This document shows, piece after piece, positions 1 to 9,285 of a stretch of DNA of 64,000 nucleotides (positions are counted from its first letter, which is position 1; the number at the start of each line of letters is the position of its first letter). Source of the DNA: Bacteroidota bacterium. Its GTDB lineage: Bacteria > Bacteroidota > Bacteroidia > Bacteroidales > CAIWKO01. The position numbers and the translations under genes are program-made. The stretch spans positions 16,564 to 80,563 of the forward strand of contig JBAXND010000008.1 of the NCBI GenBank assembly GCA_037133915.1, in the 5' to 3' direction. The notes under the pieces are model-generated. The model was not told where the DNA came from, did no database searches, and saw nothing but the letters and a program-made list of their open reading frames with translations.

Positions 1-30
1 TTTAATGATATCCCGACCAGGGCATTTGTA

Positions 31-606
31 ATGAAATTATTGGTACAGGCGCGCTGCACGCTCATTTATCTGATTCCCTTATTCGTACTCAAACGTGTTT
101 ACGACCACCATACGAAAGGTTTATTCGGTCTGAGTTTTTCGAAATCCGACCTGCGCATCTATTTTGTATTGCTTGCTATTGTTGCACCTCTCGTAATTGC
201 CGCTTCTTTCACTCCCGATTTTCTTTCGGCCTACCCGCGTTATAAACCCTGGATTGTAGATATAGTGCCGGGCATGAGTAAAGTCTCTATGACAGGCGTC
301 TTTGAAACTTTTTACGGGCTTGATTTTGTGATGGTGGAACTGATGTTCCGCGGCGCTTTCGTTATCGGAATGATTGCTGTTATGGGTAAGGAAAGCATTT
401 TGCCCATGGTGTCGGTGTATGCCTTTCTGCATTTCGGAAAACCCTTAGGCGAATCTATCGGGGCTGTCTTTGGCGGTTATATTCTCGGTGTGATAGCCTG
501 GAAAACCCGCCACATTTGGGGAGGTGTAATCATTCACATGGGCGTCGCCTTTTTGATGGAAATTATGGGATTTCTGCAGTATTATGTTTTTCATGTAAGA
601 CGGTAA
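31..606 (+). CDS. CPBP family intramembrane metalloprotease (CAAX protease-like)
   Basis: 191-aa polytopic ORF with the three CPBP motifs readable: MVELMFRG (ExxxR), YAFLHF (FxxxH) and IIHMGVAF (His motif). The frame is open back to nt 1, so the true start may lie outside the window. Confidence 0.7.
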   Translation: MKLLVQARCTLIYLIPLFVLKRVYDHHTKGLFGLSFSKSDLRIYFVLLAIVAPLVIAASFTPDFLSAYPRYKPWIVDIVPGMSKVSMTGVFETFYGLDFVMVELMFRGAFVIGMIAVMGKESILPMVSVYAFLHFGKPLGESIGAVFGGYILGVIAWKTRHIWGGVIIHMGVAFLMEIMGFLQYYVFHVRR

Positions 607-670
607 CTTCTTGGTACTAATCTTCTGATGATAGTGTCTTGACTATAAGTATTATAGTACTGGAATATTT

Positions 671-707
671 CTCTGTGGCTCTCTGTGCCTACTCTGTGTC
701 CTCTGTG
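671..707 (+). repeat. Four phased copies of CTCTGTG (starts 671, 681, 692, 701)
   Basis: Direct reading: ctctgtggct ctctgtgcct actctgtgtc ctctgtgaaa. Spacing is 10/11/9 bp, about one helical turn. It lies in the intergenic region between the CPBP gene and ribE. Confidence 0.6.
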
Positions 708-865
708 AAACTATTTTTAATAAATCCAACCTGCGTTTTATTTTATGCTTTGCGCCTTTACGTGAAATAGAAAATACGGAAGTATCATTATTGTAACATT
801 TCACAAAAATTACTTTTATCAGTTATTATAAATAATAATTGTGACTGAGTTTGACCGATAAAAAC

Positions 866-873
866 TAATTTTG
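866..873 (+). promoter_or_regulatory. Candidate Bacteroidota -7 promoter box for ribE
   Basis: TAATTTTG matches the TAnnTTTG -7 consensus of Bacteroidota primary-sigma promoters, 28 nt upstream of the ribE ATG. No well-spaced -33 TTTG was seen. Confidence 0.35.
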
Positions 874-900
874 TGATGATAAATTATTAAAACAGCTGAT

Positions 901-1512
901 ATGTTCACAGGAATTGTAGAAACAACGGGTAAAGTGGTAAGCATAGACCACGATAAAGCAAATATAAATATCACCATTGAAACGGCTATTGGCAATGAGC
1001 TTAAAGTCGATCAGAGCATGAGCCATGACGGTGTGTGCCTTACTGTGGTAAATGTAAATCACGAAAAAAATCAGTACGTGGTAACTGCCATTCAGGAAAC
1101 CCTGGATAAAACGAATCTCGGCTCATGGAAGCCCGGCTATGTGGTAAACCTTGAACGCAGCATGCGCATGGACGGTCGTTTCGACGGGCATATCGTGCAG
1201 GGTCATGTTGACCAGACCGCAAAATGCATTAAAGTCGAAGAATACGACGGAAGCTGGAAATACTATTTTGAATATGACCCCGGCCGTCGCAATATTACGG
1301 TTGAAAAAGGTTCAATTTCGGTGAATGGTGTGAGCCTTACCGTGGTTGATTCGGAACCGGGAATGTTCTCCGTTGCCATCATTCCTTATACCCATCAGTT
1401 CACCAACTTCCACACATTCAAGCCCGGAAGCGTTGTGAATATTGAGTTTGATGTGTTCGGAAAATACGTCGCCCGCCTGCTTCAGCTTTATATGGACGAT
1501 AAAAATAAATAG
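901..1512 (+). CDS. ribE: Riboflavin synthase (alpha chain)
   Basis: 203 aa starting MFTGIVETTGKV. The two internal lumazine-binding repeats are visible (SMSHDGVCLTVV and SISVNGVSLTVV). Length and layout are typical of riboflavin synthase. Confidence 0.95.
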   Translation: MFTGIVETTGKVVSIDHDKANINITIETAIGNELKVDQSMSHDGVCLTVVNVNHEKNQYVVTAIQETLDKTNLGSWKPGYVVNLERSMRMDGRFDGHIVQGHVDQTAKCIKVEEYDGSWKYYFEYDPGRRNITVEKGSISVNGVSLTVVDSEPGMFSVAIIPYTHQFTNFHTFKPGSVVNIEFDVFGKYVARLLQLYMDDKNK

Positions 1513-1555
1513 CCACACCGCCTGAATACATTACGGATATTGACTTTTCAGCAGC

Positions 1556-4500
1556 TTATACTTTTACAAGTAGCGGTTCGTCATGCAGATAAAGCAGGTA
1601 TTTATCAATGTTGCGATAACCCATTTCAGCCAGCAATGAGGCGTAGTTTTGCAATTGCAGCGTGTGACTTTCCTGCTGTGAACCGGTTTTAAAATCGATG
1701 ACTGCCGTTTGATTTTCAAAAAGAACAATTCTGTCAGGACGAAAACTCTTGCCGGTCGAATCAATAATTTCACACTCGGTTTTTATTTTTAGTCCGGGAA
1801 CAAAAAATGCTGAAATAGCCGGATTATCTGCTATGCGCTGCAGGTATTGCTGCATTCCGTCTTTTTCGTCAGCATTCATCAGCCCTTCTGCAAAAGCCTT
1901 TGCAACGGCAGATTCAATATCATCAAAGGTGCTTACTTCCGATAAAATGCGGTGAAACGTCTGCCCGTGAACCTGTCTGTTGCGCTCTTCGTCGCTGGGT
2001 TCGGGCGCCCGCAGTTTCAACGTTACTCTGCCTTTCCATCCTGTTGACACAAAATCGGTGAATGCTGCGGCAGTGGCAGGCTTTTCTGCCCGGGTATTGA
2101 TGGCTTTTTCACCAAATGTATACACATGCTGTTCTTCGTTCCATGCACCTCTCGAGCCAAGAAAAGAGCTGAGCAGGTCAGGTACGCACTTCAGTGTTTC
2201 GGGCTTTTTGGTGGGCATATCGGTCAGTACAAACAGCCTGTCAATGGGGCGTGTGAGCACAACATACAGCAGGTTGATAAAATCAAGATACGATTTCTCT
2301 CTTTCTTCCGCCATGAGCGGAGCAAACCTTGTTTGCTCAATACGTGCCGACAGCGGGAGCATGGCAACCGGAAGTTCTTCAAAGGTTTCGTCTTTGAGCT
2401 CCACCCATGCCGCGGCTTTGGTGTTTTTCGATTTTTCAGTGGCAAAGGCATAAATAACAATCGGAAATTCCAGTCCTTTGGCTTTGTGTATGGTCATGAC
2501 CCTTACGGCATCCGTTCCTTCGGGCACTTTTACCGAGCGGCTGCCGCTGTTATCTTCCCACCACTCCAGAAATCCCGACAGGCTGCTGTTATATTTTCCC
2601 GCATATTCAAATACCGCATCCAGAAAAAAGGCAAGGTACGGGTCGGCTTTGGCCGATAGTTTGAAAATGCGGATTATTTCTTCGCAAAGCTCATATACCG
2701 GTTCTTTCAGCAGCCGGCTAAACGGCACTTCGAACCCAAGTGAACGCAGCAATACATTGAAACCTAAACCGTCTTTCAGTTTTCCGAGGAGTTCATTCAG
2801 TGTGCGCTTGCCGCAATGTCCGTTTTGAACAAGCCAAGCAAGTACCGCTGCTTTCGAGAGGTCGTCATGGGTATTGGAGAACCACCGCAGAACCGACAGA
2901 ATAAAATTAATATCGGGAGAAGCTGACAGCAGCAGCGATTCGGAACTGATTACCGGTATGCCGCACCCGATAAGGTAACGGGCTGTGGCACTCGCGTTGT
3001 TATTGGAGCGGCAGATAATGGTGATATCTTTGTACGCATATTTTTCTGCAACAGCCCCCGCAATAATGGTTTCTACGGCATCAAACTGACGGGCTGCGAA
3101 GTCTGTGTCATCATCTTCTGTTTTTGAAATGAACTGCAGCTCTACATAACCGCCTTTTTTAGAGGGAAGCGCTTTCTGCGCCACATGCGCATAAATATTT
3201 TGCGCTGCACCGTCAAGGTGTTCCCGAATAAAGGTGAAGAAATCATTATTGAATTCTATGATAGTGCTCAACGACCTGAAATTGGTATCAAGCATCACCG
3301 CTTCATAATTTCGTGACAGCGATTCTTCATAATCGTCGGCAAGAACGCCCCGTTTTTTAATTACTTCGGGAAGCCGTTCAAATTGTTCTACTTCACCGTT
3401 GCGCCAGCGGTAAATAGCCTGCTTCCCGTCGCCCACCACCAGATTAAACTGACCGTTCGACAGCGAATTGTCTATCAGCGGAAGCAGGTTTTGCCACTGC
3501 ATGACTGATGTATCCTGAAATTCATCAAGAAGAAAATTTTTGAACCGCTCACCGGCACGCTCGTATATGAAAGGTACAGGCTCTTTCAATACAACATCGG
3601 AAATGCGCTGATTGAATTCGCTGATGAAAATAATATTGTTTTCTTCCTTTATAGAATCAAGCAGAAGCGCGGTTTCATTCAATACCGCCAGCGGAAAAAT
3701 ATTCCGGTTGATTTCGCTGTAGACAATATAATTATCGAGACCGGCATCAATGAGTGTACGGGCAGCTGTGTATACAGCGCGGATGCCGTCTTTAATACCG
3801 TCAATGGCTGCTTTCTCAGTATTTCCTGCTTTGGCGCTGTACCATTTATCTTCTTCAATGGTTTCATAAACATAGCTGTTGGGCTCAAGTTTATCGCTGC
3901 GGCAGTCGCGCAGGTATTCGAAATACTTTACGATGCCGGTTTTGCCGCGATAAAAATATTCTGCCGAAAGCCCGGCATCACTCACCAGTTTCAGTCCGGC
4001 TTCACCTTGTGTCGAAATATTTTTTTCAAAGGTTTTCCGGAGAACGGCAATTTTGTTTTTTATCTTAATGAAATCCGCTACACGCATATGTTTCAGCCGG
4101 CTGATATACTGCTGCGTATCTTCGTCAAGAAGCGCTTTCGCGAAAACGGCAAGGTCATTTTCAATGTTCCAGTTCTTTTCTTCCTGTGCTTTAATTTCCG
4201 TAAATTCTACCAGCGCTTTTGTCAGTGCATCTTCAATGCCGGCCTTGCTTATCAGCATGTCAACGGCTTCGGCAATGAGCTTTTCGGGGTTCATTTCCAC
4301 ATCAAAATTCTGCGGAAGATGCAGGTCATGGGCAAAGCTGCGGATAATACGATGCGTGAAACTGTCGATGGTGCATACCGCAAAATCTGAATATCGGTGC
4401 AGGATAAACGTAAGTACTTCAGCCGCGTTTTTTCTGATCTCAGCTTCGTTTAATCCTGTTTGCTGGATAAGTCTTGGCAGAATAACCGCAACATCGCTGC

Positions 4501-4696
4501 TTTCTGATCCGGAGGCAAGCTCTTTCAGTCGTTTCAGAATGCGGTCTTTCATCTCGTTGGCAGCCTTATTGGTGAAGGTCACCGCCAGAATACTACGGTA
4601 TTCCTGGGGCATTTTAATAACGAGCGCAAGATATTCCAGAACAAGGGTAAATGTCTTGCCCGAACCGGCCGATGATTTGTAAACTCTGAAATTCAT
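1556..4696 (-). CDS. UvrD/Rep-type helicase fused to PD-(D/E)XK nuclease (AddA-like)
   Basis: 1046 aa. It has Walker A SAGSGKTF at the N-terminus, helicase motif II LLDEFQDTS, and a C-terminal nuclease-like segment RPDRIVLF...AVIDFKTG...LQLQNY. Confidence 0.8.
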   Translation of the reverse strand: MNFRVYKSSAGSGKTFTLVLEYLALVIKMPQEYRSILAVTFTNKAANEMKDRILKRLKELASGSESSDVAVILPRLIQQTGLNEAEIRKNAAEVLTFILHRYSDFAVCTIDSFTHRIIRSFAHDLHLPQNFDVEMNPEKLIAEAVDMLISKAGIEDALTKALVEFTEIKAQEEKNWNIENDLAVFAKALLDEDTQQYISRLKHMRVADFIKIKNKIAVLRKTFEKNISTQGEAGLKLVSDAGLSAEYFYRGKTGIVKYFEYLRDCRSDKLEPNSYVYETIEEDKWYSAKAGNTEKAAIDGIKDGIRAVYTAARTLIDAGLDNYIVYSEINRNIFPLAVLNETALLLDSIKEENNIIFISEFNQRISDVVLKEPVPFIYERAGERFKNFLLDEFQDTSVMQWQNLLPLIDNSLSNGQFNLVVGDGKQAIYRWRNGEVEQFERLPEVIKKRGVLADDYEESLSRNYEAVMLDTNFRSLSTIIEFNNDFFTFIREHLDGAAQNIYAHVAQKALPSKKGGYVELQFISKTEDDDTDFAARQFDAVETIIAGAVAEKYAYKDITIICRSNNNASATARYLIGCGIPVISSESLLLSASPDINFILSVLRWFSNTHDDLSKAAVLAWLVQNGHCGKRTLNELLGKLKDGLGFNVLLRSLGFEVPFSRLLKEPVYELCEEIIRIFKLSAKADPYLAFFLDAVFEYAGKYNSSLSGFLEWWEDNSGSRSVKVPEGTDAVRVMTIHKAKGLEFPIVIYAFATEKSKNTKAAAWVELKDETFEELPVAMLPLSARIEQTRFAPLMAEEREKSYLDFINLLYVVLTRPIDRLFVLTDMPTKKPETLKCVPDLLSSFLGSRGAWNEEQHVYTFGEKAINTRAEKPATAAAFTDFVSTGWKGRVTLKLRAPEPSDEERNRQVHGQTFHRILSEVSTFDDIESAVAKAFAEGLMNADEKDGMQQYLQRIADNPAISAFFVPGLKIKTECEIIDSTGKSFRPDRIVLFENQTAVIDFKTGSQQESHTLQLQNYASLLAEMGYRNIDKYLLYLHDEPLLVKV

Positions 4697-4749
4697 GATG
4701 GTAAAAATACCTTTTTTTAATTTATTCCATTGGTTTCTTTATCTTTGAA

Positions 4750-7152
4750 ATGCATCATTTGTTGATAAATCCGCTTATGCTCAAAAAACAGTTTCTTATA
4801 GTCATGGCAATGTTGATTGCTGCCGCGGTTTTTGCTCAGTCCGGGCAATATTCCCGCGTAAAAGTTTCACTTAATAATATTAGTATTGAGCGCATAGCGA
4901 CACTGGGCATTCCTCCTGAAGGCTTTGTCGATAAAGACGGAGCGCTTATTCTGGAGATTTCTTCGGATGATATTCAGAAGTTGAAAGATAATAATATTCC
5001 CTGCCAAATCTTGATTGCCGATGTTTCTGAGTATTACAGACTGAGAAATACGCTTCCGCAGAATGAGGAAAAAAATGTAAATCAATCGGGCTGCGCAAAC
5101 ACGGTCTGGCAAACGCCTGCGCATTTTGTGCATGGCTCCATGGGCGGTTATCTTACCCTTACGGAGATGCTTGCTCAGCTCGACAGCATGCGGCTTCATT
5201 ATCCAAATCTGATAAGCCAGAAAATGACGGTTGGCACAGGTCATACCATTGAGAACCGTTCTTTATATTATGTCAGAATATCCGATAATCCTGATGTTGA
5301 TGAGCCCGAGCCGGAAGTGCTGTATTCCGCGCTTACGCATGCGCGGGAACCCATGGGCATGCAGCAGCTGATTTTTTATATGTGGTATTTGCTTGAAAAT
5401 TATAATACAAATACCGAAATTCATAACCTGCTCAATAATCTGGAATTGTATTTTGTGCCCTGTGTAAATGCCGATGGCTATGAGCGCAATCATACTACAA
5501 ATACCAATGGTGGCGGCATGTGGCGCAAGAACAGGCGCAACAACGGCGATGGCACCTATGGCGTCGACCTGAACCGTAATTATGGCTATCAGTGGGGATA
5601 TGATAATACAGGTTCATCGCCCACCACAAGCAGCGAGACCTACAGAGGCACTGCGGGCTTCTCCGAGCCCGAAACCCAGATTATGAAAGGCTTTTGCGAA
5701 AGCCGTTCCTTTGTCACTTCCATCGACTGGCACTGTTACGGAAACTATCTGATTTATCCCTACAGTTACATGGCTTCGCTGCTCACGCCCGATTCGAATG
5801 TGTATAAAGCATATTCGCAACTGATGGTGCATGAGAACGGCTATTTGCAGGGAACGCCTTTCCAGACGCTTGGCTATACCGCCAATGGCGGCTCCATCGA
5901 CTGGTTCTACGGCGAGCAGTCAACAAAAAACAAAATGATTGCATGGGCGCCTGAAGCGGGCAATTCAAACGATGGCTTCTGGCCCGCCGCTTCACGTATC
6001 GACGATATTGCTCAGGGCGATGTATTACAGAATCTTTATGTGGCACGATTTGCAGGGCGTTACGCGCTGCTTGCCGATAAATCACCGCGCTTTGTTCCTC
6101 AGCTGAATGGCTATTTTAAATTTGATATTCAGCGCCTGGGGCAGAGTGCCGCCACATTCACCGTATCGGTGATTCCGCTAAGCTCAAATATACTGTCAAC
6201 AGGCGGTTCTGTGGCTTTTTCAGGCATGAATGTGCTTGAATCCCGCAGCGACAGTATTTCCTTTACACTCAATCCGTCTATCGTTGCCGGTGATGAAATC
6301 ATTTACTTGCTTTCCTGCAACAACGGGCTTTACAGCGTTTCAGATACCATACGGAAAATTTACGGTCAGGCAGTGAGTGTGTTTGCCGATGCAGGTACAA
6401 ATATCAATAACTGGACAACAGGCGGATGGGGGATAAGCACCACAAATTACCACAGTGCACCTTCATCCATTACCGATTCGCCTTCGGGGAATTACAGCGA
6501 CAATCAGAATTCATCAGTTACACTGACATCTTCGGTAAGCCTTGTAAATAATATATATGCGCTGCTGAGCTTCTGGACAAAATGGAATATTGAAAAAGGA
6601 TATGATTATGTTCAGGTAAAAGCTTCGGCCGATGGTGGCGCTACATGGACGCCGCTTTGCGGAAAATACACCGTGAACGGTACTTCGAATCAGTTATTGG
6701 GACAGCCTTTGTATGACGGCATTCAAAACACCTGGGTGAAGGAGGAAATTGATTTGAATGATTACCTGGGGCAGAACATAAAACTGCAGTTCACGCTGGT
6801 TTCTGATGGCGGTGTTAACGCGGATGGATTTTATTTTGATGATGTTGATGTAAGTGTTCTGAATGCCGTAAATGTCGGAATGTCGGAAAATGCAAGCGAT
6901 GGGTTTTTCCTTTCTGAACCGCTTCCGAATCCTGCTTCCGGCAATGTAAAAATCTCTTACCGAATTCCTGAACACCGCGGAACCCTTAAGGTTTACAATA
7001 CCCTTGGCGCAATGGTTTACACCGTTCCGCTTTTGCAAAATTCAGGAGATGTTACTGTTGATGTATCGCAGTGGAACAGCGGAATTTATTTTTATGGAAT
7101 ACAGGCAATGGGCCGGACTCAGCTATTCAAAAAGTTGGTTGTAACGGAATAG
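4750..7152 (+). CDS. M14 family zinc carboxypeptidase with T9SS type A C-terminal sorting domain
   Basis: M14 motifs are present: THAREPMG (HxxE zinc ligands), VNADGYE, WRKNRR and DWHCYGNYLIYPY. The signal peptide MLKKQFLIVMAMLIAAAVFAQ makes the ATG at 4777 the more likely start. The last ~80 aa (LPNPASGNVKISY...GIYFYGI...KKLVVTE) look like a T9SS type A CTD. Confidence 0.85.
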   Translation: MHHLLINPLMLKKQFLIVMAMLIAAAVFAQSGQYSRVKVSLNNISIERIATLGIPPEGFVDKDGALILEISSDDIQKLKDNNIPCQILIADVSEYYRLRNTLPQNEEKNVNQSGCANTVWQTPAHFVHGSMGGYLTLTEMLAQLDSMRLHYPNLISQKMTVGTGHTIENRSLYYVRISDNPDVDEPEPEVLYSALTHAREPMGMQQLIFYMWYLLENYNTNTEIHNLLNNLELYFVPCVNADGYERNHTTNTNGGGMWRKNRRNNGDGTYGVDLNRNYGYQWGYDNTGSSPTTSSETYRGTAGFSEPETQIMKGFCESRSFVTSIDWHCYGNYLIYPYSYMASLLTPDSNVYKAYSQLMVHENGYLQGTPFQTLGYTANGGSIDWFYGEQSTKNKMIAWAPEAGNSNDGFWPAASRIDDIAQGDVLQNLYVARFAGRYALLADKSPRFVPQLNGYFKFDIQRLGQSAATFTVSVIPLSSNILSTGGSVAFSGMNVLESRSDSISFTLNPSIVAGDEIIYLLSCNNGLYSVSDTIRKIYGQAVSVFADAGTNINNWTTGGWGISTTNYHSAPSSITDSPSGNYSDNQNSSVTLTSSVSLVNNIYALLSFWTKWNIEKGYDYVQVKASADGGATWTPLCGKYTVNGTSNQLLGQPLYDGIQNTWVKEEIDLNDYLGQNIKLQFTLVSDGGVNADGFYFDDVDVSVLNAVNVGMSENASDGFFLSEPLPNPASGNVKISYRIPEHRGTLKVYNTLGAMVYTVPLLQNSGDVTVDVSQWNSGIYFYGIQAMGRTQLFKKLVVTE

Positions 7153-7199
7153 ATAAAAAAAGTACTTAGTATTTGGTAGAAAGTATTTAGTACAAAAAA

Positions 7200-7832
7200 A
7201 TGTTGGTTATGAAAAACCTGATTGTTCAGTTGCTTCTGATTTGTATGATGAGCTCGCCTCTGGTCGCACAAGTGGATACTGTCCGTAAGCATAAAAATGA
7301 TATTTCTAAAAATTCAATTTTTGTTGAGTTTTTTGGTAATGGTGGCTTATCGTCTATAAATTATGACAGGATTGTTCTCGCTAAGAAGTTTCACAAAGTG
7401 AGCGTTAGGGGAGGCGTTTCGTTTTCACTATTGTCAACGATTTACAATCAAAATAAAAGAAATATTATTGATCCGTTAACGCCAATTTATATAGGTAGGA
7501 AATATGTCGGCGATGAATTATATAATTCATCTTTGATTGTGCCTTTGGAAGTAAATTATTTTTTTGGGAAAAGATATTGTCTTGAGATTGGTGCCGGGCT
7601 TACCGGCGATATTCATTTGATAAAGAATCTTTACGGCTCAAGATTATACCTTTTTACACGAGTGCTTGGATTTCGATACCAAAGAGAAAACGGTGGCTTC
7701 TTCTTCCGTGCAGGCTTAGTTCCTTCATTTAAAATATTCCTGTATAAAAATGAGTTTTTATTCGACCCTTTCAAATATTATTTTTCATATTTTTCTTTCG
7801 ATATTGGTTACACCTTCAAAAATAAAAAATAG
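7200..7832 (+). CDS. Hypothetical secreted protein, possible small outer-membrane beta-barrel
   Basis: N-terminal signal peptide (LLLICMMSSPLVAQ). Alternating aromatic/Gly-rich segments, and a C-terminus DIGYTFKNKK with an aromatic-rich beta-signal-like end. No recognisable family. Confidence 0.45.
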   Translation: MLVMKNLIVQLLLICMMSSPLVAQVDTVRKHKNDISKNSIFVEFFGNGGLSSINYDRIVLAKKFHKVSVRGGVSFSLLSTIYNQNKRNIIDPLTPIYIGRKYVGDELYNSSLIVPLEVNYFFGKRYCLEIGAGLTGDIHLIKNLYGSRLYLFTRVLGFRYQRENGGFFFRAGLVPSFKIFLYKNEFLFDPFKYYFSYFSFDIGYTFKNKK

Positions 7833-7833
7833 C

Positions 7834-8238
7834 ATGAGAACCATTTTACCAAAGTGCTTTGTGCTTATCTTCTTTTTATTGTTTTTCAGCCAATGCAAAA
7901 AGGATTACCCTGACGATATTCCAAAATGGGTAAAGACTGAGATACAGAATTTCAAAAAAGTTACACCCGATTGTATTTGCCACTACTCAGATGACGATAT
8001 TAACCCGCAATTATCAATTAGTGAATATATTATTAACAGCGAAAAAATATACGCATTTGTTCAAACCTGTTCCTATCGCGGGGAATATGTGACTATCTTC
8101 GATAATAATGGAAATTCTTGGAATGGATGTCAAGGAATTGGAGAAGTGAACTATGATAATGGAAAAGCTAATTGTTTAGTATTTGTCAAGAGTCATTGCT
8201 CTTCGTCTCGGTTGATTTGGTCCGGAAAAATGTACTGA
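7834..8238 (+). CDS. Hypothetical lipoprotein
   Basis: The ATG at 7834 gives MRTILPKCFVLIFFLLFFSQCKK, a signal peptide with a lipobox-like SQC. The track ORF start at 7750 overlaps the preceding gene and adds a non-signal extension. Confidence 0.5.
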   Translation: MRTILPKCFVLIFFLLFFSQCKKDYPDDIPKWVKTEIQNFKKVTPDCICHYSDDDINPQLSISEYIINSEKIYAFVQTCSYRGEYVTIFDNNGNSWNGCQGIGEVNYDNGKANCLVFVKSHCSSSRLIWSGKMY

Positions 8239-8264
8239 TAAATATGTTATTTTAAACAAGTCGG

Positions 8265-8284
8265 CAATCAAACAATACAACAAT
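8265..8284 (+). repeat. CA-rich 20-mer CAATCAAACAATACAACAAT (copy 1)
   Basis: It begins 27 nt after the stop of the 7834..8238 gene and is 19/20 identical to the copy at 9159..9178. Confidence 0.6.
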
Positions 8285-8317
8285 ATTTAGTTCTTCGCTG
8301 GTATTAAACACTTTGAT

Positions 8318-9148
8318 ATGATAAACCGGATTATTTATTCGCAACGGATTGTTTTTATTCTCCTGATTTTAGTTGCATATACGGAGTTTGCCGCTGCTCA
8401 TATTGCCGATTCTTCCAGAAGAAATAAAATTTATTTTCCAATTGGAATGTGTGTGGGTTTTCAGATTCGCACCTTGAATTCCAATATTAAATGTCCTAGA
8501 GAAGTAGGCGATTCAGTTCCGCCATTTATGGCTGAGGATAAAATATACCGAAATGCTTTCATGGCAAGTAATGGTTTCTGTCCTATGATTGGAATTACCT
8601 GGTCAGGTAAAAAGATGAATTTTCATGATATTTCGTTTGCATTCAATGCATTTAGGTCTAAGCAAATAGAAACTCCATACGCTCAATTGGGATTGACATC
8701 AAAGTATTATGTACTGCAATATGCCTATGCACGTCCAATCTCGAAAATACTGTACAATAAATTTCTGATTTCTCCTGTCTGGGGGCTTAAGTCTAAATTT
8801 ATTTATTCACTTAATAAATACTCTTTTCAGGGCCGTGACCAGGGTAATCAATGGGACATGGACGAGAGGGACGAAGCATGGATGATACTTCCGTCCATTG
8901 CCTTGGGATTGCGATTTAACCCCGGGACTCTGGCCATGACACTGGGTTATGACTTTTCTCCTGTAGCGTGGATTTCAATGAATCATAAAATGAGTATTCT
9001 TGATGACCCAATGCCTCATTATACTGGCAGTTCAACGCTTACAGAAACTAAAAGCAATAAAAGGTATCTTATTGGTCCCGGTGAAATGAGCCGTTCCCGC
9101 CTATTATATCAGAATTTGCAGTTTTCTATGATTTTTACGTTTTTCTAA
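8318..9148 (+). CDS. Hypothetical secreted protein, possible outer-membrane beta-barrel
   Basis: 276 aa with a hydrophobic N-terminal signal (IVFILLILVAYTEFAAA). The C-terminus LQFSMIFTFF ends in Phe like an OMP beta-signal. No recognisable family. Confidence 0.45.
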   Translation: MINRIIYSQRIVFILLILVAYTEFAAAHIADSSRRNKIYFPIGMCVGFQIRTLNSNIKCPREVGDSVPPFMAEDKIYRNAFMASNGFCPMIGITWSGKKMNFHDISFAFNAFRSKQIETPYAQLGLTSKYYVLQYAYARPISKILYNKFLISPVWGLKSKFIYSLNKYSFQGRDQGNQWDMDERDEAWMILPSIALGLRFNPGTLAMTLGYDFSPVAWISMNHKMSILDDPMPHYTGSSTLTETKSNKRYLIGPGEMSRSRLLYQNLQFSMIFTFF

Positions 9149-9158
9149 AATATCAAGA

Positions 9159-9195
9159 CAATCAAACAATCCAACAATTCAGCAATCCAACAATT
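9159..9195 (+). repeat. CA-rich 20-mer CAATCAAACAATCCAACAAT (copy 2) plus internal 16-bp tandem CAATCCAACAATTnnG x2
   Basis: It begins 11 nt after the stop of the 8318..9148 gene. Reading: caatcaaacaatccaacaattcagcaatccaacaatt. Confidence 0.6.
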
Positions 9196-9285
9196 TTGAC
9201 TTTATAGACTTTAGAAACGTTACAAACTTTCACACTTTATAAACTTTTTTCTTTACTTTGTGTTACTCAAATAAACTACAGCGAT

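Noticed and set aside
121-432. A 103-aa minus-strand ORF opposite the CPBP gene, and the small ORF 865..1062 opposite ribE.
   Set aside because: Both are embedded antisense in genes with clear family motifs and have no signals of their own.
606-900. An FMN riboswitch is expected upstream of a riboflavin biosynthesis gene.
   Set aside because: I could not find the conserved FMN-element core (GGGGCAGGGUGAAAUUCCC.. / ..CCGACGGU-like segments) on either strand. The spacer is AT-rich with only short word repeats. cmscan would be needed to be sure.
7153-7199. The hairpin-like AGTACTTAGTA...TATTTAGTAC flanked by A-runs after the carboxypeptidase gene, and similar GTACTA words at 611-663.
   Set aside because: The pairing is imperfect. 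The run orientation (A-run downstream on the coding strand) is wrong for a terminator of the plus-strand genes. The evidence is too weak to call.
7750-7833. The upstream extension of the lipoprotein ORF (track start 7750).
   Set aside because: It overlaps the end of the preceding gene by 83 nt and adds a non-signal-like N-terminus. The ATG at 7834 yields a clean signal peptide with a lipobox.
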